Of a DNA stretch of 17,320 nt, positions 14,934 through 17,320 are shown one piece after another; positions within the stretch are counted from its first letter, which is position 1; each line of letters begins with the position of its first letter. A program made the translations under genes and the position numbers. The notes below the pieces were generated by a model. The model was not told the origin of the DNA and did not search any database. It saw only the letters and a program-made list of their open reading frames with translations. Origin of the DNA: Deltaproteobacteria bacterium (GTDB lineage: Bacteria; Desulfobacterota; Binatia; UBA12015); the NCBI GenBank assembly GCA_046583355.1, contig JAYGCM010000023.1, forward strand, positions 1 to 17,320, given 5' to 3'.

Positions 14934-17320
14934 ATGGCGCGTAACGAAAGTCCGACGGTTGCGGGTTTTGCTAATCAGCTCTTGGCTGCTGTACGAAACG
15001 GCGTTGAAATCGCACGTTTTGGCGGCCTCGGCGAGCGCGAAGGACAACCCTATGAGGTCGTCGCGCATGGCCCGAACCACCGCCTGCGCCGCTATTTTCC
15101 CGAGGGCCGAAATGCGGATGCCGTCCCCGTTGTTCTGGTTCCGCCTCTTATGCTCACGGCTGAAGTCTGGGATGTCGCGCCGGGCACGAGCGCCGTCGAA
15201 GCGCTGCGCGATCAGGGGGTCGACCCCTGGGTGGTGGATTTCGGCTCGCCGGAAAAAGAAGAGGGCGGATTGCGGCGCAATCTCAGCGACCATGTGCTGG
15301 CAGTCGGTGCTGCGGTCGACGCGATTCTGGAGACTACGGGTCGCCCGGTTCACCTCATGGGCTACTCCCAAGGCGGCATGTTCGCCTACCAGGCGGCGGC
15401 CTACCGTCGCTCGGCCGGTATCGCCTCACTGGTCACCTTCGGTGCGCCGGTCGATTTGCACCGTGCGATTCTCGACCGAGTGCCGATGGAATTTGTGCTG
15501 GACCTGATCGGCCAGATGGGCCAGATCGAGTCCGCGCTTTTGCCTTCGGGAATTCCGCGCTGGGCGACGCGCCTGGGATTTAAGTTGCTTGACCCGATCA
15601 AGACGGTGCAGCAGCGTTTCGAGTTTCTCTCGCAATTGGCCGACCGCGAGGCGTTGCTCAAACGCGAAGGCATGCGGCGCTTTATGGAGAACGAAGGCTG
15701 GACGGCCTTTCCCGGCCCGGCCCTGCGCGATGCCATGCGTGACCTGGTGGCGCATAACCGCCTTTTGCGCGGTGGCGCGGTGATTGGCGACCGCACCGTG
15801 ACGCTGGCGGATATCACTTGCCCGATTCTTGCGTTCTCGGGGGCATCGGACACGATCGCGCCACCGCCAAGCGTGCGCGCCATTCGTTCGGCAGCGCCGC
15901 GTGCGCAATCCTGGGAAATCCGCCTGCAGACCGGTCATTTCGGTATGGTCGCTGGCTCGCGTGCGCAGAGGGAGACTTGGCCGGCGGTTGCGGATTGGGT
16001 GCGCTGGCAGGAAGGGCAGGGCTCGGCGCCTGCGGCTGCGCATCCGCTGGTGGAGTCCGAGGCCAAGGCACCGGCGCCCTCGGGTTTTCTCGTGGATCTC
16101 CAGCGCGGTGCCGGAACCGCGTGGCACCTCGGCGTCGATCTTCTGGGCGGGGCGGGCGAACTCGCCGTGGACCGCCTGGGTGGCATCGGTCGGATCATCT
16201 CGGCGGTGGCGCCGCAGGCCTTGCGGATTTCGCGCCTGGACGCGATCCGCGTCGATACGCGCATCAGTCCCGGCCTGGCGCTCGAGGCGAAGGCCGCTGA
16301 GGTCCCGAAGGACACCTTTTTTCTTTTTGAGGGCCGCGCCTATTCCTATGCTGGTGTAAATACCAGGATCGATAATATCGTCCTTGGTTTTCTGGTATGT
16401 GGTGTGCGGCACGGGCAACATGTCGGTGTCCTGATGGAGACCCGCCCGAGTGCGCTGGCGGCGACCGTCGCGCTCTCGCGCCTGGGTGCGGTTGCCGTGC
16501 TCCTGCGCCCGGATGTTTCGCTTGCCAAGCAGCTCGAGATCGCTCCGGTCGACCACCTTCTGGCCGATCCGGAATGTGCGGACGATGCCTACCGGGTGCT
16601 CGGCCGCGAGGTGCTGGTGCTCGGCGGTGGCGGCACCCCGCGCGTTTTGGGCGCGGGCATCCGTGATATGGAAGCGATCGATCCTGCGGAGGTGACACCG
16701 CCGGAGTGGTATACGCCAAATCCGGGACTGGCGGGCGAGCTCAGTATCGTGCTCATCACCGGCAGCGGAGACCGCCTCGGCGTCAATCGGGTGACCAATA
16801 GGCGCTGGAGTACTTCGGCCTATGGTACGGCCTCGGCAACGGCGCTCTCTGCCAACGACACCGTATATTGCTGTAGTCCGACCTATCATGCGACAGGAAT
16901 TCTGGTTTGTGTAGGTGCGGCCTTGGTGAGCGGCGCGCGCCTGGCGCTGACGCGCGAGTTTGCCCCGGCTTCGTTCTGGGAAGATGTGCGGCGCTACGGC
17001 GTCAACGTTGTTTTCTACACCGGAACGCTTTGTCGGGGTCTGGTGAATGCGCCACCCGACCCGCGTGAGCATGACCATTCGATCCGCCTCTTTGCGGGCA
17101 GCGGCATGCCGCGTGGGATCTGGCAGCGACTGATTGAGCGCCTACATCCGGCACCGGCAATCGAGTTCTTCGCCTCGACCGAGGGCAACGCGGTTTTGGT
17201 GAACCTCACGGGCGAGAAGATCGGCTCGATCGGCAAGCCGCTGCCAGGCGGTGCCGAGATCGCGGTGGCTGCCTGGGATATCGACCGCGCTGCATTGGTG
17301 GAGTTGGAGAGCGGGTTTGC
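14934..17320 (+). CDS. Rv1683-like bifunctional protein: PhaC-like alpha/beta hydrolase fused to AMP-binding (acyl-CoA synthetase-like) domain; 3'-partial
   Basis: Hand-translated from ATG 14934 (not in the ORF track, consistent with no stop inside the window): MARNESP...RNGVEIARFGGL...RLRRYFP...PVVLVPPLMLTAEVWDV...PWVVDFGSPEKEEGGLRRNLSDHV...GYSQGGMFAYQAAAYRRS...TGHFGMVAGS. The same frame continues into YCCSPTYHATG, FWEDVRRYG, GSGMP, EFFASTEGNA, KIGSIGKPLPG. Confidence 0.88.
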   Translation, partial: MARNESPTVAGFANQLLAAVRNGVEIARFGGLGEREGQPYEVVAHGPNHRLRRYFPEGRNADAVPVVLVPPLMLTAEVWDVAPGTSAVEALRDQGVDPWVVDFGSPEKEEGGLRRNLSDHVLAVGAAVDAILETTGRPVHLMGYSQGGMFAYQAAAYRRSAGIASLVTFGAPVDLHRAILDRVPMEFVLDLIGQMGQIESALLPSGIPRWATRLGFKLLDPIKTVQQRFEFLSQLADREALLKREGMRRFMENEGWTAFPGPALRDAMRDLVAHNRLLRGGAVIGDRTVTLADITCPILAFSGASDTIAPPPSVRAIRSAAPRAQSWEIRLQTGHFGMVAGSRAQRETWPAVADWVRWQEGQGSAPAAAHPLVESEAKAPAPSGFLVDLQRGAGTAWHLGVDLLGGAGELAVDRLGGIGRIISAVAPQALRISRLDAIRVDTRISPGLALEAKAAEVPKDTFFLFEGRAYSYAGVNTRIDNIVLGFLVCGVRHGQHVGVLMETRPSALAATVALSRLGAVAVLLRPDVSLAKQLEIAPVDHLLADPECADDAYRVLGREVLVLGGGGTPRVLGAGIRDMEAIDPAEVTPPEWYTPNPGLAGELSIVLITGSGDRLGVNRVTNRRWSTSAYGTASATALSANDTVYCCSPTYHATGILVCVGAALVSGARLALTREFAPASFWEDVRRYGVNVVFYTGTLCRGLVNAPPDPREHDHSIRLFAGSGMPRGIWQRLIERLHPAPAIEFFASTEGNAVLVNLTGEKIGSIGKPLPGGAEIAVAAWDIDRAALVELESGF

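Noticed and set aside
14934..16020. PHA synthase (phaC) call for the hydrolase domain
   Set aside because: The nucleophile box is GYSQG (Ser), not GxCxG (Cys), and the domain is fused to an AMP-binding domain.
15426..17078. 550-aa minus-strand ORF
   Set aside because: Arg-rich antisense shadow of the well-supported Rv1683-like gene on the plus strand.
1..17320. CRISPR arrays, tRNA/rRNA, transposases, integrases or defence genes
   Set aside because: No regularly spaced repeats, RNA-gene signatures or such protein motifs were seen; intergenic gaps are all under about 260 nt.

Overview
GC-rich bacterial chromosomal window made up of cell-envelope, lipid and signalling genes. It contains no mobile element, CRISPR array or rRNA/tRNA that I can see. 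Gene order: a stand-alone, motif-divergent murF (-); a divergently transcribed LytS/YehU-type histidine kinase and LytTR response regulator pair (+); nhaA (-); a zinc-ribbon/TM/TPR protein (-); a CDP-alcohol phosphatidyltransferase (+); a lysylphosphatidylglycerol-synthase-TM (flippase-like) protein and an ArnT-like GT-C glycosyltransferase (-); a membrane fatty-acid desaturase (+); a ~970-aa secreted multidomain protein (DNRLRE, SdrD-B-like, unknown domain, GEVED, Pro/Thr linker, unnamed basic C-terminal domain) (-); a YfhL-type 2[4Fe-4S] ferredoxin fused to an extra CxxC...CxxC and helical domain (-); and an Rv1683-like alpha/beta-hydrolase + acyl-CoA-synthetase fusion (+). The last gene runs off the window and is absent from the ORF track. 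Protein style suggests a Deltaproteobacteria-like lineage such as Candidatus Binatia, but this is inference only. Best leads: the unnamed C-terminal domain of the secreted protein, the ferredoxin fusion and its apparently leaderless promoter, the degenerate-adenylation Rv1683-like fusion, the orphan murF, and several structured intergenic elements. I did not find an unambiguous complete novel system.
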